Assembly: GCA_964632315.1 (NCBI GenBank)
Contig: CAZWEM010000005.1
Location: 67,672-131,671, forward strand
Reading direction: 5' to 3'
Length of the DNA: 64,000 nucleotides
Source: an uncultured archaeon
GTDB taxonomy: Archaea; Asgardarchaeota; Lokiarchaeia; Sigyniarchaeales; SOKP01
Part shown: positions 29,691 to 37,830 of the stretch, piece after piece
Numbering within the stretch: position 1 is the stretch's first letter
Layout of the letters: each line of letters begins with the position of its first letter
Translations under genes and position numbers: made by a program
The notes under the pieces: generated by a model
Databases searched by the model: none
What the model was told of the DNA's origin: nothing
Seen by the model: the letters and a program-made list of their open reading frames with translations, nothing else

Positions 29691-30695
29691 TCACTCATTA
29701 AGAGTCTGAACTAACTTGCAGTACGTACACAATTGAGCCGATCCAGAGGGGTAACCACAATTCTGACAGATATTAGCTTTTTGGTTATCAGGTTTTTGAG
29801 AAGCTACATATAGTTTTTTGGACAGTTTATTAAAGCTATTAAACAAGTTATACTCAATTTCAGGAAAAATATTTTTCATTTCTTGGATAAAGTTGAGAAC
29901 TTTCTTTCGCAAAATAGGATCTTCTTCCCGATAGGGACAATGAGAATGATAAAATTTAAGCTTTTTAATATTTGCATATAAATGTATTTCTTCTTCCGGA
30001 ATCTGAACTAAAGGTTTGACCTTTTTTATATAATTTTTTCTTATTACTTCTGACTCTTTTTTAAATAAATATTGACGGCCTATTTGTTGTAAACGGTTAT
30101 ATAGGATATTCATTAAATATGTTTCACTAAAATCAGTAAGGTTATGTCCCACAGCAAGTACATTTCCATTTAGTTCTTTTGCTCCTTCATTAAGCAAGCG
30201 TCTACGGATTGTGGCACAGTAATTGCACGTATATCTTCTATTATCCTTTTTATTAAAAAAAGCATTTATCTCATCAAGAGTTTTTCCAACTCTCTCCTTA
30301 AAAGAAATTACTTTTAATGGAATGTTATATTTGGTACAAAATGATATTGCAACTTTTATGCTTTTAGCTCGATAATCTTTAATACCTTCATCAATGATCA
30401 AAGCCTGAATTGATTTTAAGAGATTTTTTCTAGATAATTGATTTAAATTGTAGAGTAAAGTAATTGAATCCTTTCCCCCAGAAAGCCCAACGATAGCTTT
30501 ATCTTCCGGAGTAATCATTTTGTAATCAATAATAGTTTTTTGAATAGTTTTTTCAATCCTCTCAGTGAAACATTGAGGACAAAGGAGCTCTTTATTGAAT
30601 TTTTTTTCAATAAGAAATGATGTAATTCCACATGAATTGCAAATGCCTTTTTTCAACTTAATCTGGAATTGATTCTGATTGGGAAATTGGCTCAT
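29691..30695 (-). CDS. ncsA: tRNA 2-thiolation enzyme, NcsA/TtuA/Ncs6 (TIGR00269-type)
   Basis: N-terminal CxxC...CxxC, PP-loop SGGKDS, CNYC, GHNLTD, CPY, C-terminal CxxC...CxxC. Confidence 0.9.
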   Translation of the reverse strand: MSQFPNQNQFQIKLKKGICNSCGITSFLIEKKFNKELLCPQCFTERIEKTIQKTIIDYKMITPEDKAIVGLSGGKDSITLLYNLNQLSRKNLLKSIQALIIDEGIKDYRAKSIKVAISFCTKYNIPLKVISFKERVGKTLDEINAFFNKKDNRRYTCNYCATIRRRLLNEGAKELNGNVLAVGHNLTDFSETYLMNILYNRLQQIGRQYLFKKESEVIRKNYIKKVKPLVQIPEEEIHLYANIKKLKFYHSHCPYREEDPILRKKVLNFIQEMKNIFPEIEYNLFNSFNKLSKKLYVASQKPDNQKANICQNCGYPSGSAQLCTYCKLVQTLNE

Positions 30696-30724
30696 TGTTA
30701 AGATTCCTTTACTCTATAGAATTA

Positions 30725-31663
30725 TCATATTCGATAATGATCTGGTTCCGGATGTACTTCTTGAATAAAGTCTGCTACAAAAATGTCATCAACATTTTTC
30801 TTTTCAGAAATATACCCTAACTCGTATAATTTCTGCGTGAATTCGATTGATGTATTTATAAATTTATCTGATAACGCTATACAATATTTTGGAGATATTT
30901 CTAAAACATTTTTGACATAGGTATCATCTACAAATGCGAGATGCTTACATATTATCTTTGCAGCTTCTTTTGGATTTTCTCTTAGCAAATTAGATGCTTT
31001 TTTATGAAATTTTAGAAAAATCTTAACTTTTTCTGGAAAGTCTTCAATTATGTCTTCCCTAAAAAATATCCCATAACTAGGATTATATGGATAAAATTTA
31101 CTAGGAGGGATAATGATATGACTATCAGTTAACATTGATGTGAAAACTGCTAAAGCAGGAGTACCAACACCGGCAACTAATTTACCATTTTTCATATCAA
31201 GAGCAATAAATTCTGCTTGAGAATAATGATATATATTAACGTCATCTTCAAGTTTGTATTGTTTTAAATATTGACTAAGAATTACTTCGTGTATCGATCC
31301 CTTGCTTGTAACTCCCACATTCTCTCCTACAAATTGCGTCAAAACAGCATTTTGATCATTTTCTAAATTTTCTATTGATTTATATTGATTATTTGAAATC
31401 ATAACTGTTCCCTCAATATGCCCGCCAGCTACACATTTAATTGGGGCGCCCTTATCAATTCCAACAATTGCAGGAGGGATTCCCATATATCCAATCTCTA
31501 AATTGCCGTCTCTAAATGAATTGACCATTTCTGGACCTGTTCCAAACAAAATCCATTCAATTTTAGACTTCATTGACTTCCTAAAGTTTGAATCCTCCAT
31601 TAAAATAAAGTTGGTATGATAAGCTGTTGAGAGGTGTCCGATTCGAAGTTCATTTTTAGTCAT
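30725..31663 (-). CDS. SsuA/TauA/THI5-like solute-binding-fold protein with no signal peptide
   Basis: LRIGHLS, FGTGPEMV...GYMGIPP, KGSIHEV, ENPKEAAKI; the fold starts at residue ~5 with no hydrophobic leader. Confidence 0.8.
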   Translation of the reverse strand: MTKNELRIGHLSTAYHTNFILMEDSNFRKSMKSKIEWILFGTGPEMVNSFRDGNLEIGYMGIPPAIVGIDKGAPIKCVAGGHIEGTVMISNNQYKSIENLENDQNAVLTQFVGENVGVTSKGSIHEVILSQYLKQYKLEDDVNIYHYSQAEFIALDMKNGKLVAGVGTPALAVFTSMLTDSHIIIPPSKFYPYNPSYGIFFREDIIEDFPEKVKIFLKFHKKASNLLRENPKEAAKIICKHLAFVDDTYVKNVLEISPKYCIALSDKFINTSIEFTQKLYELGYISEKKNVDDIFVADFIQEVHPEPDHYRI

Positions 31664-31756
31664 AGGAATTCCTTTTTTTATTCAATTTTTACTTTATAAT
31701 TTACATTTCATAAGCAAAATAGTTATCTACTTTATTTTTACGATCAATATTGAATT

Positions 31757-32035
31757 ATGATTGAAGTAAGAGTTCTATTTCTTTCATTTATTGAAGATTT
31801 AATTGGTAAAAAGGAAGAAATTATTAGATTAGAAGAGAATTCAACTTTAAACGATTTATTAAATAAAGTGAAAGAAGTTTTAGATAGGGAATTTACTAAA
31901 CTCATCTTTTCTTCATCGGGTGATCTTAAAAAATATATTTTGATAGGCTTAAATGGACAAAGCGTCAAACAATTTACAATTCAATTAAATCAAGGGGATG
32001 AAATTTCTATTTTACCTGCTATAGCAGGGGGATGA
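31757..32035 (+). CDS. Ubiquitin-like sulfur carrier (MoaD/ThiS/SAMP/Urm1 family)
   Basis: 92 aa beta-grasp pattern ending LNQGDEISILPAIAGG. Confidence 0.93.
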   Translation: MIEVRVLFLSFIEDLIGKKEEIIRLEENSTLNDLLNKVKEVLDREFTKLIFSSSGDLKKYILIGLNGQSVKQFTIQLNQGDEISILPAIAGG

Positions 32036-32051
32036 TAAATTAGATTTTAAA

Positions 32052-32321
32052 CTATAATTTCTTCAATCTCATTATCCATTCTTTTTTTTCTTTATTGGGT
32101 ATCTCTTTGATACTGATCAGTTGAGCCAGTTCCTGTGTTTCACAACTTTTTGGAATATTATCTAAAGCTGGAGCAAAATCCAGAATTACATCAATAATAT
32201 CCCCTGCTTCCATCTTTTCAAGATTAATTTTAGTATGAACAAATGTCATAGGACATACTTTCCCTCGAATATCAATATTTTTGATATCAGATTTTTTCTT
32301 CACAGCTATCACCAATATCAT
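32052..32321 (-). CDS. tusA: TusA/SirA family sulfurtransferase (start may be GTG at 32303)
   Basis: IDIRGKVCPMTFVHTK...GDIIDVILD...NIP. Confidence 0.9.
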   Translation of the reverse strand: MILVIAVKKKSDIKNIDIRGKVCPMTFVHTKINLEKMEAGDIIDVILDFAPALDNIPKSCETQELAQLISIKEIPNKEKKEWIMRLKKL

Positions 32322-33102
32322 AGTTTAATTTGTTAGCAAGATCTTCTTTATTATCACCACAAGCAAGACAATTATTGTTACGAACTACTTTGATGGAATC
32401 GAATCGATTTTGCGAGAGATCAATATATAAAATTTGGTTAATTAGAAGATCTCCAATATTTAAGAGATATTTAATAGCTTCACTTGCTTCTAGAGAACCT
32501 AATATTGCGGGTATCAATCCAATAACGCCTGCTTGCGAGCATGACATGCTGTTGTCAACACCACTGACATCACCGAACACACATCTGTAACATGCTGTTT
32601 TTTCCTCTGGTATTACAGTTATAATTTGTCCTTGGAATCTTAAAACCCCCGCGATGACGAATGGTATATTCATGTAACTACAAGTATCATTAACCAACAT
32701 CTTAGTCGCGATGTTATCAGAACCTTCTATCACAAAGTCTGAATCCTTGAGTAATTCTTTAGAATTCTTTGCAGTGATTCTATCTTTTACTAATTCAATA
32801 TTACAGTCAGGGTTTAACTCCGATAATTTCCTTAAAGCGCTAGAAGTTTTAGTTTGGCCTAAATCATTTGTAAAATGAAGGATTTGTCGATGTAAATTTG
32901 AAAGATCTACAACATCGAAATCGATAATTTTTAAATTTCCAATACCAGCAGCAGTTAAATAGTACGCTGCAGGAGATCCCAATGCACCTAACCCTATAAG
33001 AGTAATTCTTGATTCTAATAGCTTCGATTGCCCAATTCCCCCAACTTCCTTTAAAATTATTTGCCTTGAATATCGAATTAATTGTTCTTCGCTTAAATCC
33101 AT
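32287..33102 (-). CDS. moeB: E1-like activating enzyme MoeB/ThiF/UbaA, no rhodanese domain
   Basis: RYSRQI, GLGALG, DFDVVDLSNLHRQ, ACYRC, SCSQAGVIG, CLAC; ends at 271 aa. Confidence 0.93.
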   Translation of the reverse strand: MDLSEEQLIRYSRQIILKEVGGIGQSKLLESRITLIGLGALGSPAAYYLTAAGIGNLKIIDFDVVDLSNLHRQILHFTNDLGQTKTSSALRKLSELNPDCNIELVKDRITAKNSKELLKDSDFVIEGSDNIATKMLVNDTCSYMNIPFVIAGVLRFQGQIITVIPEEKTACYRCVFGDVSGVDNSMSCSQAGVIGLIPAILGSLEASEAIKYLLNIGDLLINQILYIDLSQNRFDSIKVVRNNNCLACGDNKEDLANKLNYDIGDSCEEKI

Positions 33103-33189
33103 GTTTTCTCAAATATTAATTTGATTTTATGAATATTATTTTTACTTGTTATGAATTATATGTAAAATTAGCTGGTTTTAATTAACTTC

Positions 33190-33735
33190 TCATACCCTCT
33201 TTAAAATACCGATCTTACCGAAAATTCTTTGTCGAGATCCTCCTTCTACTGTCTCTAAAAAGTTATCATCTATTAAATCATAAATAGCGTGTTTTAAGGT
33301 TATAAGAGGTATTTTTTGAATCTCATTGATTTCAATTAAATCATCAATCTTAATCGTTTCTCCAGGATTAATTAAAGATTTTATAAACTTCTTGACATCA
33401 CTTAAATCGCTAGTGATCTTGATTATATCTCGATTACCTTCAGTACTTATTAGTACGTCTGAAACGCTAATTTTTGACATCAGAAACTTGACTTGCTCTT
33501 CTAATAATTTTATTCTGCCCTTGAGTTCCGATATGATGTCTTTTTTAGATCGTTTTTTTTCTTCTTTTAAAGATAAATATTTTAAGATAAGATTTTGAAG
33601 TTTTGATTCGGGAAGATTCGATACTTCAATCTTAGCGATCTTTTCATACTTTCTGTACCCAGATTCAAATTTAATTCCACATTCCTCGGCTAATTTATCC
33701 AGAAGGGGAACAGTTAGATCTCTTAAACTAGCCAA
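33190..33735 (-). CDS. Putative nucleic-acid-binding protein: Rho-N/SAP-like domain + coiled coil + winged helix
   Basis: LRDLTVPLLDKLAEECGIKFESGYRKYEKIAKI; ELKGRIKLLEEQVKFL; IKIDDL...LKHAIYDLIDDNFL. Confidence 0.6.
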   Translation of the reverse strand: MASLRDLTVPLLDKLAEECGIKFESGYRKYEKIAKIEVSNLPESKLQNLILKYLSLKEEKKRSKKDIISELKGRIKLLEEQVKFLMSKISVSDVLISTEGNRDIIKITSDLSDVKKFIKSLINPGETIKIDDLIEINEIQKIPLITLKHAIYDLIDDNFLETVEGGSRQRIFGKIGILKRV

Positions 33736-33845
33736 TGAAAACCATCTCTAATTTGGTATTATATTAAGACTTATTATTCTATAAAAATTATTGGTTAAAT
33801 AAAAATAGATATTAGATTTTTAATATTCAATCCAAGCTTAAGTGA

Positions 33846-34316
33846 ATTAATATTAAATATATCATAGCAAAAGAAAAGCATATTCCCAATATCGTAGAAT
33901 TATGGAAGACACAAGTAGATCATCATAAAGAAATAGATCCTTTTTTTACAAGACGAGTTAATGCAGGTACTAACTTTGCCTCATTTTTAAACGAATTGTT
34001 TCAATCGAAAGAATCGAAGGTTTTTGTAGGAATTAGTGATGGGAAAGTTGTAGGATACATGATAGCAAAAATTGATTTTTTTCCACCAATTTATGTTATG
34101 GAAAAATACGGAGATATTTATGATCTCATGGTAGAACCATCATTCAGGAGAAGAGGTATCGGGTCTGGATTATTAAAGCAGGCAATTGAGTGGTTTAAAT
34201 CCCAAAAAATTGAGAGAATAGAAATTAGCGTTCACCCAGATAATATATCAGGATATTCATTTTGGAAAAAAAAAGGATTTCAAGAGATATTTCACCGATT
34301 ATATCTGAAAATTTAA
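33846..34316 (+). CDS. GNAT N-acetyltransferase (frame open upstream of the TTG at 33996; probable ATT start)
   Basis: Motif A MVEPSFRRRGIGSGLL and motif B N...YSFWKKKGF. The upstream in-frame INIKYIIAKEKHIPNIVELWK looks like GNAT beta1-alpha1. Confidence 0.85.
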   Translation: MNIKYIIAKEKHIPNIVELWKTQVDHHKEIDPFFTRRVNAGTNFASFLNELFQSKESKVFVGISDGKVVGYMIAKIDFFPPIYVMEKYGDIYDLMVEPSFRRRGIGSGLLKQAIEWFKSQKIERIEISVHPDNISGYSFWKKKGFQEIFHRLYLKI

Positions 34317-34332
34317 AAAAAATGAAAAAAAA

Positions 34333-34527
34333 TTATTTTTTTAGGATTACTTGATATAATTCTTCTGCCATTTGAGCTTGATAATTTAAAACATTATCCG
34401 AATTATCAGTTAAAATTCTAAATTTAACAGAAATCTCATTACTATAATCCATAACGTGAAATCTTGGTCTTATTCCGTAGTAGTAAATAATTTGGAAAAG
34501 CCTTTTTAGTCCTAGATTTGAAAATTT
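34333..34527 (-). pseudogene. Possible C-terminal remnant of a gene
   Basis: Open frame KFSNLGLKRLFQIIYYYGIRPRFHVMDYSNEISVKFRILTDNSDNVLNYQAQMAEELYQVILKK* reads like protein but is bounded upstream by TGA with no early start codon. Confidence 0.3.
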
Positions 34528-34633
34528 TCATTTAAACTTTTTTGGAATCAATTTCCCTCAATCCAAGTTCAAATATAGAAGGATGTTGAATATAAAATTT
34601 AAAAAGGTTTTTTTTGAATGCTTCATAATTTTA

Positions 34634-34665
34634 CTTGACCGACACGTATAATTAACCGTGTCAAG
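34634..34665 (+). promoter_or_regulatory. Inverted repeat in the putative 5' leader of the cold-shock gene
   Basis: GACACG (34641-46) pairs with CGTGTC (34657-62); CTTGAC (34634-39) pairs with GTCAAG (34660-65). Confidence 0.5.
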
Positions 34666-34689
34666 ATTTGTTTCATCAGGTTTTTTAAA

Positions 34690-34941
34690 ATGGTCAAAGG
34701 AACTGTTAAATGGTTTGATGCCCGTAAGGGTTATGGTTTCATTACCCGAGAGGATGATGAATCTGACGTTTTTGTTCATTATTCAGCCATTCAAGGCGAG
34801 AGTGATGAATTTAAAATTATTTATGAAGGCGATATCGTTGAATTCGAGGTTACTGAAGGCGACAAAGGTCCTCAGGCAAGTAATTTAAAGATTGTAGAAA
34901 AAGGTCCTCGCAAGAGTTTTCGAAACCGCAATCGTTATTAA
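34690..34941 (+). CDS. cspA: Cold-shock domain protein
   Basis: [15 protein letters not shown] (RNP1), DVFVHYSAI (RNP2), GDKGPQASN, basic tail. Confidence 0.96.
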   Translation: MVKGTVKWFDARKGYGFITREDDESDVFVHYSAIQGESDEFKIIYEGDIVEFEVTEGDKGPQASNLKIVEKGPRKSFRNRNRY

Positions 34942-34998
34942 TTGATAGAATTAATACGTAAAATATAGTTAAAAAAAGGAAATATCAAGAAAAAAAGC

Positions 34999-35049
34999 GT
35001 GGAAAACTCTTAGGGGTTTCATCTCGTTAATTGTTCTAGATTTTTCCAC
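34999..35049. terminator. Stem-loop flanked by A and T tracts between convergent genes
   Basis: GTGGAAAA...TTTTCCAC stem, extendable through TCTTAG/CTAGA, with an A-run upstream and a T-run downstream. Confidence 0.55.
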
Positions 35050-35077
35050 TTTTTTTTTATTCTATTATCTGATAAGA

Positions 35078-35785
35078 TTATTTTTTAATCCACCAAATTG
35101 GATAAGGAATTTTTAGAAAGGTATCGAAATCAAGGAGAAGGATGTGGTTCTTTGTAAAAGTAAAAACATATCCACCGAGAAATTCCGTCCATCTATCGTT
35201 AGGACTTAAGTCAAACCAGCCGCTTCTTAATGCCATTAACAATATTTCATGGGAAATATGAATGTCAACTCCACCCTCTGGAAGATCCTGTTCTAACTTC
35301 GTCCAAATAACATGTGCGGCTCTCTTACTATAAGATTTAATCGGTTCAATATCTTTATCATCATATTGTTGATTTATCCAATGGTTCATAATTTCAAGTA
35401 ATGAGAATTTACGGAGCTCATATTTAAAAAATTCATCTTTAAGCACTTTCAAAGCATATAATGGTACAATAGGACCACCAATTACCCCATTACCGCCCTT
35501 TTTTTCGAATCCATTAAGAATGTCGAAAGCTGTATCACGACAACGATCTCTATTACTATAAAATAATCGCACATAACGATTAGGAGGAAATTCTTGACCA
35601 AAGGTTTGAGCTGCAAGGTGTCCATTTTCAGTAAGCTGCAGATCCTTATTGTTTTTTAGAAATGATGGTGGTTCGCGTTCTGAATGCCTTAGCATCATGA
35701 TTAGTTTTGCATCCTTAGGAAATTCCGAAATCCTTTTCAAAAGAGTTAATGCTTGAGTCATCCAATCCAATTTTTCAAGTACCAT
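35078..35785 (-). CDS. Histidine phosphatase superfamily protein
   Basis: MMLRHSER, LTENG, RCRDTA, ISHE. Confidence 0.88.
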   Translation of the reverse strand: MVLEKLDWMTQALTLLKRISEFPKDAKLIMMLRHSEREPPSFLKNNKDLQLTENGHLAAQTFGQEFPPNRYVRLFYSNRDRCRDTAFDILNGFEKKGGNGVIGGPIVPLYALKVLKDEFFKYELRKFSLLEIMNHWINQQYDDKDIEPIKSYSKRAAHVIWTKLEQDLPEGGVDIHISHEILLMALRSGWFDLSPNDRWTEFLGGYVFTFTKNHILLLDFDTFLKIPYPIWWIKK

Positions 35786-35936
35786 TCGTATCTATCAATT
35801 TAAATAAAAGAAATGGTATAAAGTATTGCATTTACCTTCCAGATTGATAATAATATCATGTATCGATTAAAACTTTAAATATAAGCTGATTGAATTAATG
35901 ATTAATAAAACATTTCTAAAAAAAGGGATTTTTTAA

Positions 35937-37424
35937 TTGATTAAACTGAGAAGTAAGTTTAAAGTTCCAATGCTCTTAATAATCATCGCCATTATATTGA
36001 TGTTTTTGGTTGGTTCTATTTCAACTCTTAATGCATTTGGATATGGCACACCTAGTTTTGTACTGTTTGGCTCAATAATTATTTCTGTGTTTTTATTTTT
36101 AGGCATTTTCAGTGGAATGTACTTTTATCTTGCGGATGTTTTTCTATTATACAAGCCAATCAGAAACTTCAGGGGACGATTAATTAGATGGGGAAAAAAG
36201 TTCATGGTTGTAGTGTTTGCACTTATCATCTCTCTTGTAAGCTTATTAGGCACCTTCATTGTTTATTGGACTGCTAGAATTCCACCTTCATATGATGTAG
36301 ATCCTATTTTACAATTACAAACTTGGACAGCCATTCCTCCCGGTGATGATATCGCGAAACAACATAAGTCTAACACTGATTTATTTTATTGGAATGGTGA
36401 ATTTTATGTTGTGTATCAATCATCCAAATGGCATCTTCAAGACTTAAATGGAGAGATTGTTGTTGCAAAATCTTCAGATGCATCAGAAGGAAGTTGGGAA
36501 GAAGTAGCAACCATAAAGGGACCTGGGCATAATGATGTACGTGATCCATTGATACAAGAAATTGATGGTTCTCTATTTCTCTATTTCTTGCCAAATTTCC
36601 AATTTGATCCAGAACCTAACACGACTTATTATTGTGAAAGTGTAGACGGAATGACTTGGACTGAACCAATTGAAATCTATGTGAATGTTTCTCTAAGTTC
36701 TGGTTGGGAGCTAGAAAACGGATGGATTTTTGGCAGGCAAGAACCGTTGACTTTAGACAACATTACTTGGTATACAATGGCTTTTGGCGAGAAAGAGGAT
36801 AAATGGATGACCTTACTTATAGAAACTCAAGATGGAGTACATTGGAAGGAATTATCTGTTGTATATGATACATATGGAAGTGGTGAACCTTGCATGGAAT
36901 TCTTACCTAGCGGAGAAATAATTGCTACCTTACGAGTGGGAACCATGAGCAGCTGGACGGGATATGAATTTGGAACGCCACATGCTGGAACTATCATCGC
37001 TACATCTTATAATAATCGAACAAATTGGTCTCACTCTCCTGACTTCCAAACAAGAATGGATGGAGCTAAATTATTCACTTTAGAAAATCGGTCAAGGATA
37101 TTCATTGCAGGAAGAAATCATCTTGGACCGAGAATCGATGTTGGAAGCCATGTTAGTAGAAAAAGAACGTCTGTTTATGAAGTTCTCCCGGATCGTCTCA
37201 TTCATTTATTTGATTTACCAAGTGATGGTGATACTGCATATACAGGAGTAGTGATTAATGGAGGCAACGTTTACGTGAGTTATTACACTTGTCCGATAAA
37301 TCATGATCTACCTTGGATCATTGGAATCACCATGTTAACAAAAACAGAAATTCGCATCGCTAGATTTAGCACAACTGGACTACTTCAATATGCAACAAAT
37401 ATAAGAGGTGAATTAGGTGTCTGA
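35937..37424 (+). CDS. Membrane-anchored sialidase-like beta-propeller protein
   Basis: Three N-terminal TM helices; HKSNTDL, DVRDP, Asp-boxes SVDGMTW and TQDGVHW, LPSDGDTAYTG, VSYY. Confidence 0.78.
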   Translation: MIKLRSKFKVPMLLIIIAIILMFLVGSISTLNAFGYGTPSFVLFGSIIISVFLFLGIFSGMYFYLADVFLLYKPIRNFRGRLIRWGKKFMVVVFALIISLVSLLGTFIVYWTARIPPSYDVDPILQLQTWTAIPPGDDIAKQHKSNTDLFYWNGEFYVVYQSSKWHLQDLNGEIVVAKSSDASEGSWEEVATIKGPGHNDVRDPLIQEIDGSLFLYFLPNFQFDPEPNTTYYCESVDGMTWTEPIEIYVNVSLSSGWELENGWIFGRQEPLTLDNITWYTMAFGEKEDKWMTLLIETQDGVHWKELSVVYDTYGSGEPCMEFLPSGEIIATLRVGTMSSWTGYEFGTPHAGTIIATSYNNRTNWSHSPDFQTRMDGAKLFTLENRSRIFIAGRNHLGPRIDVGSHVSRKRTSVYEVLPDRLIHLFDLPSDGDTAYTGVVINGGNVYVSYYTCPINHDLPWIIGITMLTKTEIRIARFSTTGLLQYATNIRGELGV

Positions 37425-37551
37425 AGAGAAGGAAGAATATACTAAATTAAGCCAAAAACAAAAATTCATCATCGAAGTTATAGTCATGATCGTAGTCGGT
37501 GGACTCATTATTTTGCCATTAGCATTATATGCATACCATTTTTTAATTTAG
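37417..37551 (+). CDS. Small single-TM membrane protein (44 aa)
   Basis: Not in the ORF track. GTG start with GAGGTGA upstream, overlapping the upstream stop: MSEEKEEYTKLSQKQKFIIEVIVMIVVGGLIILPLALYAYHFLI. Confidence 0.7.
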   Translation: MSEEKEEYTKLSQKQKFIIEVIVMIVVGGLIILPLALYAYHFLI

Positions 37552-37569
37552 GATGGAGGTCTTTAAAGT

Positions 37570-37710
37570 ATGGACAGAAAAGATTTATGGAAATCTATGA
37601 GAGAAAATAAGTGGACAATTTGGAAATATTTTCGCATGATATATTGGACTAGCATCTTCATAATAGCGCTTTATTTCATGCTGTTGATCATTTTGACACT
37701 ATTCGTATAA
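37570..37710 (+). CDS. Small single-TM membrane protein (46 aa)
   Basis: Not in the ORF track. GGAGGT upstream: MDRKDLWKSMRENKWTIWKYFRMIYWTSIFIIALYFMLLIILTLFV. Confidence 0.7.
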   Translation: MDRKDLWKSMRENKWTIWKYFRMIYWTSIFIIALYFMLLIILTLFV

Positions 37711-37830
37711 GAGAACCCATCTCTTTTTTTTATATTATTTTGTTTTTCACTAATAGAAAAAGATATAATTATTTTTGACTTGATGATCTTACACACATTT
37801 TTAAGTTAACTCTACTAGCAGCAATAAATT

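Noticed and set aside
30725-31663. THI5-type HMP synthase assignment, given the thiamine genes in the window
   Set aside because: It lacks the CCCxC motif of THI5, thiC is already present, and the gene context is sulfur relay.
31757-33102. ThiS/ThiF thiazole or MoaD/MoeB molybdopterin-specific operon
   Set aside because: No thiG or moaE nearby; the adjacent client enzyme is NcsA. Shared use elsewhere in the genome cannot be excluded.
34635-34652. TTGAC...TATAAT as a bacterial sigma70 promoter
   Set aside because: The spacing is only about 6-7 nt and the host appears archaeal.
34999-35049. 3' hairpin as a possible SECIS element
   Set aside because: Neither flanking gene has an in-frame TGA and the required core motif is not evident. 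A terminator or stability hairpin is simpler.
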